Source: Ignavibacteria bacterium
Lineage (GTDB): Bacteria; Bacteroidota; Ignavibacteria; Kapaibacteriales; Kapaibacteriaceae
DNA length: 53,237 bases
Direction of reading: 5' to 3'
NCBI GenBank assembly: GCA_947459875.1
Contig: CANHFG010000005.1
Coordinates: 1 to 53,237, forward strand
Shown: piece after piece, positions 44,982 through 53,237 of the stretch
Layout of the letters: the number at the start of each line of letters is the position of its first letter
Position numbering within the stretch: the stretch's first letter is position 1
The notes under the pieces: generated by a model
The model's input: the letters and a program-made list of their open reading frames with translations, nothing else
What the model was told of the DNA's origin: nothing
The model's database searches: none
Made by a program: the position numbers and the translations under genes

Positions 44982-47900
44982 CGCACGATCAGTAATGACG
45001 ACGATGAAACATACCCCTGTGCATCGAGCAGGACCCTGTAAGCGCCTACTTGGAGAGAACGAACGTCAACGTTACGGTTGTTCGCGCCATCGACCAGCTC
45101 AAACGATTCGTCCACGATGACCATGCCCTGTGGATCCACGATTCGAAGTCGTGCAGGAGTGTTGCGATCAGACCTGATTCCGACCGTGACATCATCAGAA
45201 GTCGGATTCGGGAACACCCCACCGATGCTTGGGCCGGTACGGAATCTGAAGTGTCGGGTTGGGTCGGGGTTTGCGATCCTCAGCAGTGCTGCAGCATACG
45301 TTGTGGAGACGGCCTTCCCGAAGGCAGTTGCCGACGTGTCCATGATCATCACCGAGGAGTCCTGCCGACCGATACCGGCAGGCCCAACAAGCCAGATGGC
45401 CGTATCCTGCCTACTGAAGGAACGCTCCACTCGGAACCGTATACGACGCCTGCCAGCGGAGAACTCCTGCGAGATGATCTCGCCCGAGCCCCCTCTCACA
45501 TCGACACTCTGCGCAAGGAAATGATGTTCATCCATCTCAATGATCGCTTCGAAGGGGCGGATGCCATCGTAACGCACGTTCTCGGTGATAGTCGTGATGA
45601 TGGGTATGCGGACGATGCTTCTCGGGTCGACCGTTACACTCTGCGGCCTCACCACAGCCGTGCCGGTGTAGGCAAGGAGCCGCACCTGCGTGATGGCAGC
45701 ACACGGGGTAAAGCGGAACGACAGCACATCGTTGCCACTGATCGGAGCCCCGGTATGCGTGACCGTAAAGACAACCGAATCGCCCGGAGCGATCACCGTC
45801 GGCACCGTCAGATCGGTGGTAAACGGAGCTCCAGAAGTGAGCGTCAGCTCTGCAAGCGAAGCAGGCGTTGCCGAACGGTTCCACAGGGTGACCGTGCGCT
45901 GGGGCCGCTCGGGGATGAATGCCAGTGCCGGATGAGACACCGAGATCTCGTCACCCGCGCCACGACCTGAAACACGGATAGACCGGTAAAGAATGTTCTG
46001 TCCGGCGTAGGCAATGACAACTTCGTCGGTGTCGCTACCGCGTCGGCGGGGAACGAAGAGAACTTCGATCTCCAGGCTTGCGCCTGATGCCAGCTGCTGG
46101 CCCGGGGTGAAACCACGGACTCTGAATTGAGAGTTCGTTCCGCCGCGCATGAACAATCCGTCGATCACCACCGGCACGGGATCATTGTTGCGGAGAACAA
46201 TGAATGTTCGGCGCGTCGTGTCACCAACGCAGACATCACCGAAGTTCGTCAGATCCCCGAACGTGGTGAGATTTCTGTCGACCGACCTAATCCTGAGAGG
46301 AACCTTGATCGTGCGGTCACATGCACGAAGTTCAAACGTATCTGTCAGCAGTCCGGTATCGCGTGGTACCGCCCTGAACCTGATCGGCAGACAATCGCCG
46401 GGTGCGATCGTATCGGCGCGGAATGCCTCGGGCATCGTGACCCATAGTGAGTCCTTGAGTCCACCGGAGTTGAAGATCGCTGCTACCGAGCCACGATTGC
46501 ATACTTCGCCGGAGATCACCGTATCGATTCGCGATCCGATCAGCTGATCGCCGAACGAGATCGTCGGAGTCGACATATCCGGAGGCATGATCGCGAATGC
46601 TCCGTCGCTGAGATCAGTTTCGGGATTGATGATGCGCCGCACAAGAAGATTCTCACGCAGGTCATCGGAACATGAGGCAAGCGTGGAGCCATCAGGACCG
46701 TATTCGATGTCATTCATGAGCAGACTATGCCCCGGCATACCTGGTATGCCGCCGAGAATCCGACGTCGTTGCACATCGTATTGCTGGATCTGAGGCTGTC
46801 CGAGCGCACCAAGCGTCACGAATGTCTCGCTTGGATTGATGGTCACACCGACGATGTTCGAGCCCTCGCGGTAGATCACCCGGATCAGCGCCGATGTGCG
46901 CGTATCGTAGAGAAACGTCCGCTGCTCCTGCGGTGTATTGCTGCGTCCGGCATCGGCAACACCAGCAAGGGCGATCAGGCCGTTGGAGCGCGATACGGAA
47001 AGCGTCTGCATCAGCGGAGCACCCATGCGCAGCAGGTCCGTCCGGTAGCGAATGACCTCTGCGCCGGTCTCCGGTGAGACCCTCACGACGTCGCCACTGA
47101 TGAGGGCGACGTTGATGAGACTATCGACAAACCGCACAGCCGAGATGGGCGCATCGAGCGTAATGGTCGACCGTGACGCCAGCGTCGCGCCGTCGAGCAC
47201 GCGAATGCTGGCCGTAAGCGGTCCGGCAACATAGACCGTCGTTCCTGCAGCGTTGGCACACACCTCGGTGACCTCGGGGATGTCTGCCTCGACAACTGCC
47301 CGGGCTGTGACGCTGCCCGAATCAAGGCGCACGATCTGGTCGCGTGCCGGTGACGGCCGATTGACAACAGCCAGAAGGTCACGCGTCGAACCGGCATAGC
47401 TCAGCGCCGAGACCTTCACTCCGGGAAGGGTAGTGCCATCGATCACATACCGCTGCTGCTCGACGGACGATACAACGTCCCATTCGATAACAGTTCCGTT
47501 CTGATACACGGCGCTGATGTAGCGTCCGTCGGCCGAGAACGCCAGATTCGTTGCCTTTGATGCTTCACCAAGAAGCCAGCGGGCATCCGACGCCCCCTGT
47601 TTCTGATACACCCTGATGCGAACGCTGTCGGAGTATGTCTGCGGCACATCCCACACGATCGACGAATCGGCCGTCGAGTCGATGAAATTCCACGTGCGAC
47701 CATTATTGGTCGAAAACTCCACGAACGAGGAAAAGCCCTGGATAGCCCCTTTCCATCGGATCGGTATCCGCTGGCAGGGGGCGAGTCGCTCACCGCCATT
47801 CGGACTTATGACCTGCAGCAATGTCGATGGATTATAGGTTGGCGTATTGGCGAACAGCATGACCGTAAAGCGCTGACCGCCCTCAAACACCACGGTCAGA

Positions 47901-48652
47901 ACATCGCTTACGGGGCCCGGCTTGGTGGGTCGGAAGACAAGGTCAAAGCGGTAGTCCGTGCCGACGTCGACCTCTACCGGCGGAGGCTTCGAGCCATACG
48001 TGCGCTTCCAGACGATCGAGATGTCGCCGGAGGTGGTGATCAGTGAATCGATGAACAGGCGACGTTCGTTACCGTTGGCGTCACGCGTTGCGGCGAACGT
48101 GCGCAGGTTGAGCTTCGTCAGCGATTCGCTCCCCACGGCAACATCTCCGAGATCGAGAAACAGCGGCAGTCGCCGAAACGAACTGTCGCAGATGAACACC
48201 GATCCGCCACGATTCGGGTTGACCGACCACGTCAGGGGGAGAATTCCGACTTCGCCGTTCGAGACGGCAAAGAGCGTGGCACCGCCCTCGTTCAGCGTCG
48301 GAAACACATTGATCTTGGGGGCGAATGTCGATGCCGTAAACACCGCGCGCCATATGCCAGCACCATCGGGAGAAAGCGATGTGATCCGCATGAAGCGGTT
48401 GCTCTCCTGCACGTACACATCCTGCGCCGTGAGCGCAGCCGGCTGTCCTGCGCGGGTTGCGCGAAAGCGCACGGTCACCTGCGGAAACGTCGAAGCATCG
48501 ATAAAAGACCCGACACCAGGAATGGCCACACCTGTGATCGTAACCTGAGCGCTGAGGCATGTCGGCCATACGATACAAAGAAGCAGCGCCAGAGAGAACC
48601 TGATGGAGAGACGCGGTAGCAGGGGGCTTTTCCTGTGGTGTAGTGATGACAT
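44978..48652 (-). CDS. Large secreted protein with WD40-like propeller, Ig-like (choice-of-anchor D/ASH-like) repeats and T9SS C-terminal domain
   Basis: Signal LSA|Q; AFSADGRYI, YGPDGSTLASCSDD; FGDVCVGDT...LRN...V.F.P repeats; VFPNPTS...GAYRVLL. Confidence 0.8.
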   Translation of the reverse strand: MSSLHHRKSPLLPRLSIRFSLALLLCIVWPTCLSAQVTITGVAIPGVGSFIDASTFPQVTVRFRATRAGQPAALTAQDVYVQESNRFMRITSLSPDGAGIWRAVFTASTFAPKINVFPTLNEGGATLFAVSNGEVGILPLTWSVNPNRGGSVFICDSSFRRLPLFLDLGDVAVGSESLTKLNLRTFAATRDANGNERRLFIDSLITTSGDISIVWKRTYGSKPPPVEVDVGTDYRFDLVFRPTKPGPVSDVLTVVFEGGQRFTVMLFANTPTYNPSTLLQVISPNGGERLAPCQRIPIRWKGAIQGFSSFVEFSTNNGRTWNFIDSTADSSIVWDVPQTYSDSVRIRVYQKQGASDARWLLGEASKATNLAFSADGRYISAVYQNGTVIEWDVVSSVEQQRYVIDGTTLPGVKVSALSYAGSTRDLLAVVNRPSPARDQIVRLDSGSVTARAVVEADIPEVTEVCANAAGTTVYVAGPLTASIRVLDGATLASRSTITLDAPISAVRFVDSLINVALISGDVVRVSPETGAEVIRYRTDLLRMGAPLMQTLSVSRSNGLIALAGVADAGRSNTPQEQRTFLYDTRTSALIRVIYREGSNIVGVTINPSETFVTLGALGQPQIQQYDVQRRRILGGIPGMPGHSLLMNDIEYGPDGSTLASCSDDLRENLLVRRIINPETDLSDGAFAIMPPDMSTPTISFGDQLIGSRIDTVISGEVCNRGSVAAIFNSGGLKDSLWVTMPEAFRADTIAPGDCLPIRFRAVPRDTGLLTDTFELRACDRTIKVPLRIRSVDRNLTTFGDLTNFGDVCVGDTTRRTFIVLRNNDPVPVVIDGLFMRGGTNSQFRVRGFTPGQQLASGASLEIEVLFVPRRRGSDTDEVVIAYAGQNILYRSIRVSGRGAGDEISVSHPALAFIPERPQRTVTLWNRSATPASLAELTLTSGAPFTTDLTVPTVIAPGDSVVFTVTHTGAPISGNDVLSFRFTPCAAITQVRLLAYTGTAVVRPQSVTVDPRSIVRIPIITTITENVRYDGIRPFEAIIEMDEHHFLAQSVDVRGGSGEIISQEFSAGRRRIRFRVERSFSRQDTAIWLVGPAGIGRQDSSVMIMDTSATAFGKAVSTTYAAALLRIANPDPTRHFRFRTGPSIGGVFPNPTSDDVTVGIRSDRNTPARLRIVDPQGMVIVDESFELVDGANNRNVDVRSLQVGAYRVLLDAQGYVSSSSLLIVR

Positions 48653-48682
48653 GTGTGGTAAACGCCGAAGCAGGCGAGATAG

Positions 48683-49474
48683 TTACACCGCAGGTGCTGG
48701 GGGGACAAAACGTGCAAGAAACTCGACAACTACGGGATCTGAAGATGCCTGGAGTTCGTCGACCGAGCCGGTAAAGCGCACCACGCCGTCATGAAGCATG
48801 ATCACGTGATCGGCAATGTTGTACACGCTGAACATATCATGCGTGATCACCACGGAGGTGGCTCGGTATTTGCCGGCCAGTTCATGCAGCAGATCGTCGA
48901 TCTGCTGGGACGTGACCGGGTCGAGACCGGTTGTGGGCTCGTCATAAAAAATGTAGTTCGGCTTGCCCACAAGAGCACGCGCCACACCGACACGCTTGCG
49001 CATGCCTCCCGAGAGGTCACTTGGCTTTTTTCCGGCAAGGATGGTGTACTCCCGCTCATACTCGGCACTGCCATTGCCATTGACCGGTGGAAGAAGCCCA
49101 ACGGCGCTCAGCACGCGACGTGCCTCGGCATCGATCAGCTTCTGGTCGGTCACACCGTGCTCAACCAGACTGATGATGACGTTCTCAAAGACGTTCAGCG
49201 AGTCGAAAAGGGCAGCCCCCTGAAAGACGTAACCGATGCTACGGCGCATGTCAAAAAGCTCCTGCTTGGAGAGCGTATTGACGTCACGTCCGTCAATGAG
49301 CACTGAGCCGGAATCAGCCTTGAGCATTCCCACGATGTGCTTCAGCAGAACGCTCTTTCCGCACCCTGACCGGCCGATGATGCACGTCGTCTTGCCCGCC
49401 GGAACAGTGCAGCTCACGCCATTGAGAACAACCTTGTTCCCGAATGTCTTCTTGATGTTACTAAGCTCAATCAT
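48683..49474 (-). CDS. ABC transporter ATP-binding protein, MlaF/Ttg2A-like
   Basis: [43 protein letters not shown]. Confidence 0.88.
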   Translation of the reverse strand: MIELSNIKKTFGNKVVLNGVSCTVPAGKTTCIIGRSGCGKSVLLKHIVGMLKADSGSVLIDGRDVNTLSKQELFDMRRSIGYVFQGAALFDSLNVFENVIISLVEHGVTDQKLIDAEARRVLSAVGLLPPVNGNGSAEYEREYTILAGKKPSDLSGGMRKRVGVARALVGKPNYIFYDEPTTGLDPVTSQQIDDLLHELAGKYRATSVVITHDMFSVYNIADHVIMLHDGVVRFTGSVDELQASSDPVVVEFLARFVPPAPAV

Positions 49475-51264
49475 GCACCGGCCGGTAGAGACATCCGTGA
49501 GCGAATGACCTCGAGCGTCCCGGTCGGGATGGCATCAATGAGCTTTCTCGTGTAGGGATCGTGAGGCGCTTCATAAAGCTCGTTGGACGTATTCATCTCG
49601 ACAATCTTGCCGGCATTCATCACGGCGATGCGATCGCTGATAAACTTTACGACGCTCAGATCGTGCGAGATGAAGATGTAGGTGAGCTTGAACTCATCGC
49701 GGAGCGAAACGAGCAGATTCAGCACCTGTGCCTGCACTGACACATCAAGCGCACTGACGCTTTCGTCGCAGATCAGAAGCTTTGGTTTGAGTGCCAGCGC
49801 ACGGGCGATGCAGATCCGCTGTCGCTGTCCGCCGGAGAACTCATGCGGATAGTTCGAAAAGTGCCGCGGCAGCAGGTTTACCTTGTCGAGCAGGTACATC
49901 ACATGCTCTTTACGCTCCTTCTCATTGTCGCCGATCCCGTGCACCGTGAGCACTTCCATGATCGCACTGCCCACGCTCAGACGCGGGTTCAGCGATGAAT
50001 ACGGATCCTGGAAGATGATCTGGAAATCGCGGCGCATCTTCTTGAGGTCCGATGCGCCAAGCGCGCGCACATCCTTCCCGTCAAACATCACCTGTCCGCC
50101 GGTGGGCTCTACCAGACGCAGCACCGCACGCCCGGTGGTGGTTTTACCGCAACCGGATTCGCCTACAAGACCCAGCGTCTCGCCGGGTTTCACTGAAAAC
50201 GTGATATCATCAACGGCTTTGACCACGCCGCTGGTGCGGCCAAAGAAACCGGACTTGATCGGAAAGTGGACTTCGAGATTCTTGACATCAAGCAAGGGGG
50301 CTTCTGCGGCAAGCCGCGCATTGCGCTGAGTTATCTCGGTTGCAGAAAACGACACTTCGTCGATGCGCTCGTCCACAGACTCGCGTGTGCGGGCAGTGAT
50401 CTCACCACTCTCAGACTCTTCCATGAAATCCCGCACCGTGGGCAGGATCTTGAGCTTACGGTCCAATCGCGGGCGGCACGCCAGGAGCCCCTTGGTATAT
50501 GGGTGCTGAGGGTTCTCAAAGATCTGCAGAACCGGCCCCTGCTCCACGATGCGGCCTTTGTACATCACGATCACATCATCGGCGATCTCGGCGATCACGC
50601 CCAGATCGTGCGTGATGAACATCATGGCCATGTTATGCTCGCGCTGCAGCTGTCGCATGAGATCGAGGATCGTTGCCTGCACCGTTACATCGAGCGCTGT
50701 CGTCGGCTCATCGGCGATCAGCAGATCCGGATTGCACGACATCGCCATGGCGATCATCACGCGCTGTTTTTGTCCGCCCGAGAGCTGGTGCGGGTAGGAC
50801 GTCATCATCTGCTCCGGACGTGGCAGTTTGACCTCGTTGAGCAGCTGGAGAGTTCGGGAGCGGGCCTCTTCGACCGATACCTTCTGATGCAGCTTGATGG
50901 CCTCAATGATCTGGTCGCCACACGTGAAGACCGGATTGAGCGAGGTCATCGGCTCCTGAAAGATCATCGCCAGGCGATTACCGCGGTAGGAGCGCATCTG
51001 CTCCTCGGAGATCTTCAGAAGATCCGTCGTGGTTCCGTCGGCTTCGTGAAAGATGATCTCACCGCCCGTGATCCGTCCAGGGGGCGAGGGTATCAGCCGC
51101 ATGGCGCTGAGACTCGTCACGGACTTCCCCGAGCCGGACTCGCCCACAATACCCAGGGTGCGACCCTTGTGCACGGTAAAAGAGACATTGTTCACGGCCT
51201 TGACGTCGTAGACGTCCGACCTGAACTCCGTAACGAGGTTTCGGACTTCAAGCAACGGTTGCAT
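49471..51264 (-). CDS. Peptide ABC transporter ATP-binding protein, fused double ATPase (OppD/F-like)
   Basis: Start MQPLLEV. Two cassettes: GESGSGKS with YPHQLSGGQ, and GESGCGKT with [12 protein letters not shown]. Confidence 0.92.
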   Translation of the reverse strand: MQPLLEVRNLVTEFRSDVYDVKAVNNVSFTVHKGRTLGIVGESGSGKSVTSLSAMRLIPSPPGRITGGEIIFHEADGTTTDLLKISEEQMRSYRGNRLAMIFQEPMTSLNPVFTCGDQIIEAIKLHQKVSVEEARSRTLQLLNEVKLPRPEQMMTSYPHQLSGGQKQRVMIAMAMSCNPDLLIADEPTTALDVTVQATILDLMRQLQREHNMAMMFITHDLGVIAEIADDVIVMYKGRIVEQGPVLQIFENPQHPYTKGLLACRPRLDRKLKILPTVRDFMEESESGEITARTRESVDERIDEVSFSATEITQRNARLAAEAPLLDVKNLEVHFPIKSGFFGRTSGVVKAVDDITFSVKPGETLGLVGESGCGKTTTGRAVLRLVEPTGGQVMFDGKDVRALGASDLKKMRRDFQIIFQDPYSSLNPRLSVGSAIMEVLTVHGIGDNEKERKEHVMYLLDKVNLLPRHFSNYPHEFSGGQRQRICIARALALKPKLLICDESVSALDVSVQAQVLNLLVSLRDEFKLTYIFISHDLSVVKFISDRIAVMNAGKIVEMNTSNELYEAPHDPYTRKLIDAIPTGTLEVIRSRMSLPAGA

Positions 51265-51270
51265 AGGCGT

Positions 51271-51278
51271 CAAAGATA
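51271..51278 (-). promoter_or_regulatory. -7 element, probably leaderless promoter
   Basis: TATCTTTG-ACGCCT-ATG start. Confidence 0.55.
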
Positions 51279-51338
51279 CCCAACTGGCTGGCCTCAACCG
51301 CGCTCTGAGAGTGAATCCCGGCGAGGCCGAAATGAGCT

Positions 51339-52634
51339 TTATGAGCGCATGCTCACCACCAGCCGACGGGCATTCCAGCGCAGGTAGAGCGTAGAAAAAC
51401 TCCGTCCGGCAGCCATCGATAGCGCCGCAGCCAGAGCCCCGTTCAGCTCGGTCATACCTACCAGGATGATCATCGTGCCGGCAATGCCCCCTACCTCCAT
51501 CATCGTGGAGATGGTCACTTTAACGTTCTGACGGGCCGTGATAAGGGCCGATCGATACAGCGAGTAGGCCACTGCAATAAACGGAAGACTCATCAGCACG
51601 TATGTGGGCACGCGGGCAAACTCTGCCAGGTCCGGACGCAGGCCATAGATGTGCACGTAGATCATCGTCAGAAGGGGCGTGGTGGCGATCAAGGCAAGAA
51701 CCGCCGTAGTAACGATCACGATGCGCACGCCGACGCGTCGCACCACTTCGTAGTTCTGGAAACGGTCGCCGATGAGGGCCACGCCAACTTCCTGATAGGA
51801 AAAGCCAAAGCTGCGGAAGATGAAGACCAGCGAATCCACCACCGGCAGGACTGCCAGAGAGGTGAGTGTTAGCGGCGCCCGACCCATGAAGAACGTCAGC
51901 ATTGGCGTTACCACAAAGCCAATAAGCGACGTCAGCGCAAGGGGCATCCAGAACTGTCGGATGTCGTCATTGGTAAGCACAACATCGCTATCAGGCATCT
52001 CCTCGTATGTCTTTAGAACGTCACGGCACATTATGCGTGTTGCGATGGCCTCGCAGATCACACCAACGGTGAGGCCGGCTGCGCCGATCACCACACCATT
52101 GAGACCACTGTACGCCACGAGCATCCATGCCGCGCCCATCATCGTCAGCAGGCGCACCACCGTGCCGTATGCTACCAGGCGCGTGTTGCCATTGCGGATC
52201 ATCAGTCCCTGATAGAACCGACGGTAGCCGATGGCCGCCGGCCAGGGGATGAGAACGACCAGGGCATCGCGCATCAGAGCGCTTACCTCTTTCGGTAGCT
52301 GAAGAATGCCGTTGGCCACAACATCATACACCCACGGAAGGGTCACAACGACCATGCCGATCGTAACGGCGATGTTGACGCGACGCGTAAAGCGTCGCAG
52401 CGTGTGCATTGAGCGCCGGTCGCGGGCCAGCGCCACAGACGTGCTCAGCAGCTGGATCACCGGCGACTCTATGAGCATCGCCAGGGCAAGGGCCACACCA
52501 TACGCCGCAAGGTTCACCTCCGCATTCGTCATGCGGGCGATCACCGACGTCAGGATGGGCCCCTCGATGGCCATCATCAGCCATGTGAGACTCAATGGAA
52601 CCCAGAATTTGACAACGTCGCGTGTGGTAAGCAT
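51339..52634 (-). CDS. MATE/MOP-superfamily membrane transporter
   Basis: About 12 TM segments with an internal two-fold repeat (FWVPLSLT / FWMPLALT). Start ATG 52634 or 52706. Confidence 0.75.
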   Translation of the reverse strand: MLTTRDVVKFWVPLSLTWLMMAIEGPILTSVIARMTNAEVNLAAYGVALALAMLIESPVIQLLSTSVALARDRRSMHTLRRFTRRVNIAVTIGMVVVTLPWVYDVVANGILQLPKEVSALMRDALVVLIPWPAAIGYRRFYQGLMIRNGNTRLVAYGTVVRLLTMMGAAWMLVAYSGLNGVVIGAAGLTVGVICEAIATRIMCRDVLKTYEEMPDSDVVLTNDDIRQFWMPLALTSLIGFVVTPMLTFFMGRAPLTLTSLAVLPVVDSLVFIFRSFGFSYQEVGVALIGDRFQNYEVVRRVGVRIVIVTTAVLALIATTPLLTMIYVHIYGLRPDLAEFARVPTYVLMSLPFIAVAYSLYRSALITARQNVKVTISTMMEVGGIAGTMIILVGMTELNGALAAALSMAAGRSFSTLYLRWNARRLVVSMRS

Positions 52635-52740
52635 GGTAAGGGGCGAAACTGCGGGTGAAAGTGGTTGATATGTCCGGAAGATCTGAGTCTCGAACGTGAG
52701 ATTCATCGGTCTTCTCGTTGTGCGCTTCTGGAGCGGCTAT

Positions 52741-52863
52741 GCTCCACAAAACGTTTTGCGGAGCCTAAATGCGGTTTCACGCTCCACAAACTCGTGTTTT
52801 GTGGAGCCTAATTCCCGTTTCACGCTCCACAAACGGACTTGTTGCTGATGGACGCTCCACAAA
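52741..52863. repeat. Array of direct and inverted GCTCCACAAA repeats
   Basis: Direct copies at 52741, 52781, 52824 and 52854; inverted copies at 52755-52764 and 52798-52807. Confidence 0.85.
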
Positions 52864-53013
52864 CCGACCGAAAGCGCATCCCGAAAAAGCCCCAAGTTCT
52901 CCTCGACGTTAATCCTGACGTCGCTGTGCATGAGGCCTCTCGACTGATGTTCCCAACTGAGCAACATCATGCAAATTTGTGCCATGGACCTCTATGAACG
53001 ACAACCGTAGAGA

Positions 53014-53065
53014 TTCCGGAGCATACTGCCCCCCCCCGTTCCGGAGCATACTGCCCCCCGTTCCG
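53014..53065 (+). repeat. Tandem 22-25 nt repeat resembling an IS21-family terminal repeat
   Basis: TTCCGGAGCATACTG-C9-G, TTCCGGAGCATACTG-C6-G, TTCCG. The IS21 resemblance is from recalled end architecture; no transposase is in the window. Confidence 0.6.
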
Positions 53066-53104
53066 ACGTCAAATAAGCCAGTAGACAGTTTCCGTCGGAT
53101 AGAA

Positions 53105-53237
53105 CTACAACAACTCCGGCAGTCCGAGCTCGCGAAGGTAGGCGTTGTGCTTGGCCTTGGCTTCGCTGACGGCGGAGTCGATCTCTACGAGCTTGCGATG
53201 AGTAGCTTCAAGATCAATTTCTTCTTCGGTTGACGCA
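53105..53237 (-). CDS. hsdM: 3' end of type I restriction-modification methyltransferase subunit M (partial)
   Basis: Not in the ORF track. The minus strand reads ASTEEEIDLEATHRKLVEIDSAVSEAKAKHNAYLRELGLPELL*, matching the EEEIDL...HN.(F/Y)L.ELGL HsdM C-terminus. Confidence 0.72.
   Translation of the reverse strand, partial: ASTEEEIDLEATHRKLVEIDSAVSEAKAKHNAYLRELGLPELL

Noticed and set aside
52741-52863. Possible mini-CRISPR array
   Set aside because: The repeat core is only 10 nt, occurs in both orientations, linkers resemble each other instead of being unique spacers, and no cas genes are present.
52737-53233. ORFs 52737-52985 (-) and 52979-53233 (+)
   Set aside because: They run through non-coding repeats or antisense to hsdM and have no protein-like features.

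Overview
53-kb window from a GC-rich FCB-group bacterium. Inferred to be Bacteroidota-related, most like Candidatus Kapabacteria, from T9SS-type C-termini, A|Q signal-peptide cleavage sites and TAnnTTTG promoter elements. Most of it is core genome: 3' part of katG, radA, crtB-like synthase, an atpZ-I-B-E-F-H-A-(rfaD)-G operon, pfkB kinase, ddl, udg, clpC, enoyl-CoA hydratase, two S8 proteases, dnaX, bcp, tatD, upp, a class V aminotransferase, ABC ATPases and a MATE-like protein. Three parts stand out. (1) An AT-richer island between katG and radA (about 1.2-11 kb) holds two tandem diverged copies of the unit [katG 3' end + terminator + Asp-box/T9SS cargo + 19-Cys secreted protein], then a small secreted peptide gene divergent from an all-helical putative regulator, and a beta-barrel gene. 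The second katG end is an orphan fragment diverged mostly at synonymous sites. (2) A TatD nuclease runs in frame through an internal signal peptide into an outer-membrane beta-barrel. (3) The right edge has a palindromic repeat array, an IS21-like terminal repeat and the 3' end of a type I RM methyltransferase. No rRNA, tRNA, CRISPR array, integrase or transposase was seen. All assignments come from motif recognition by eye; no database searches were run.
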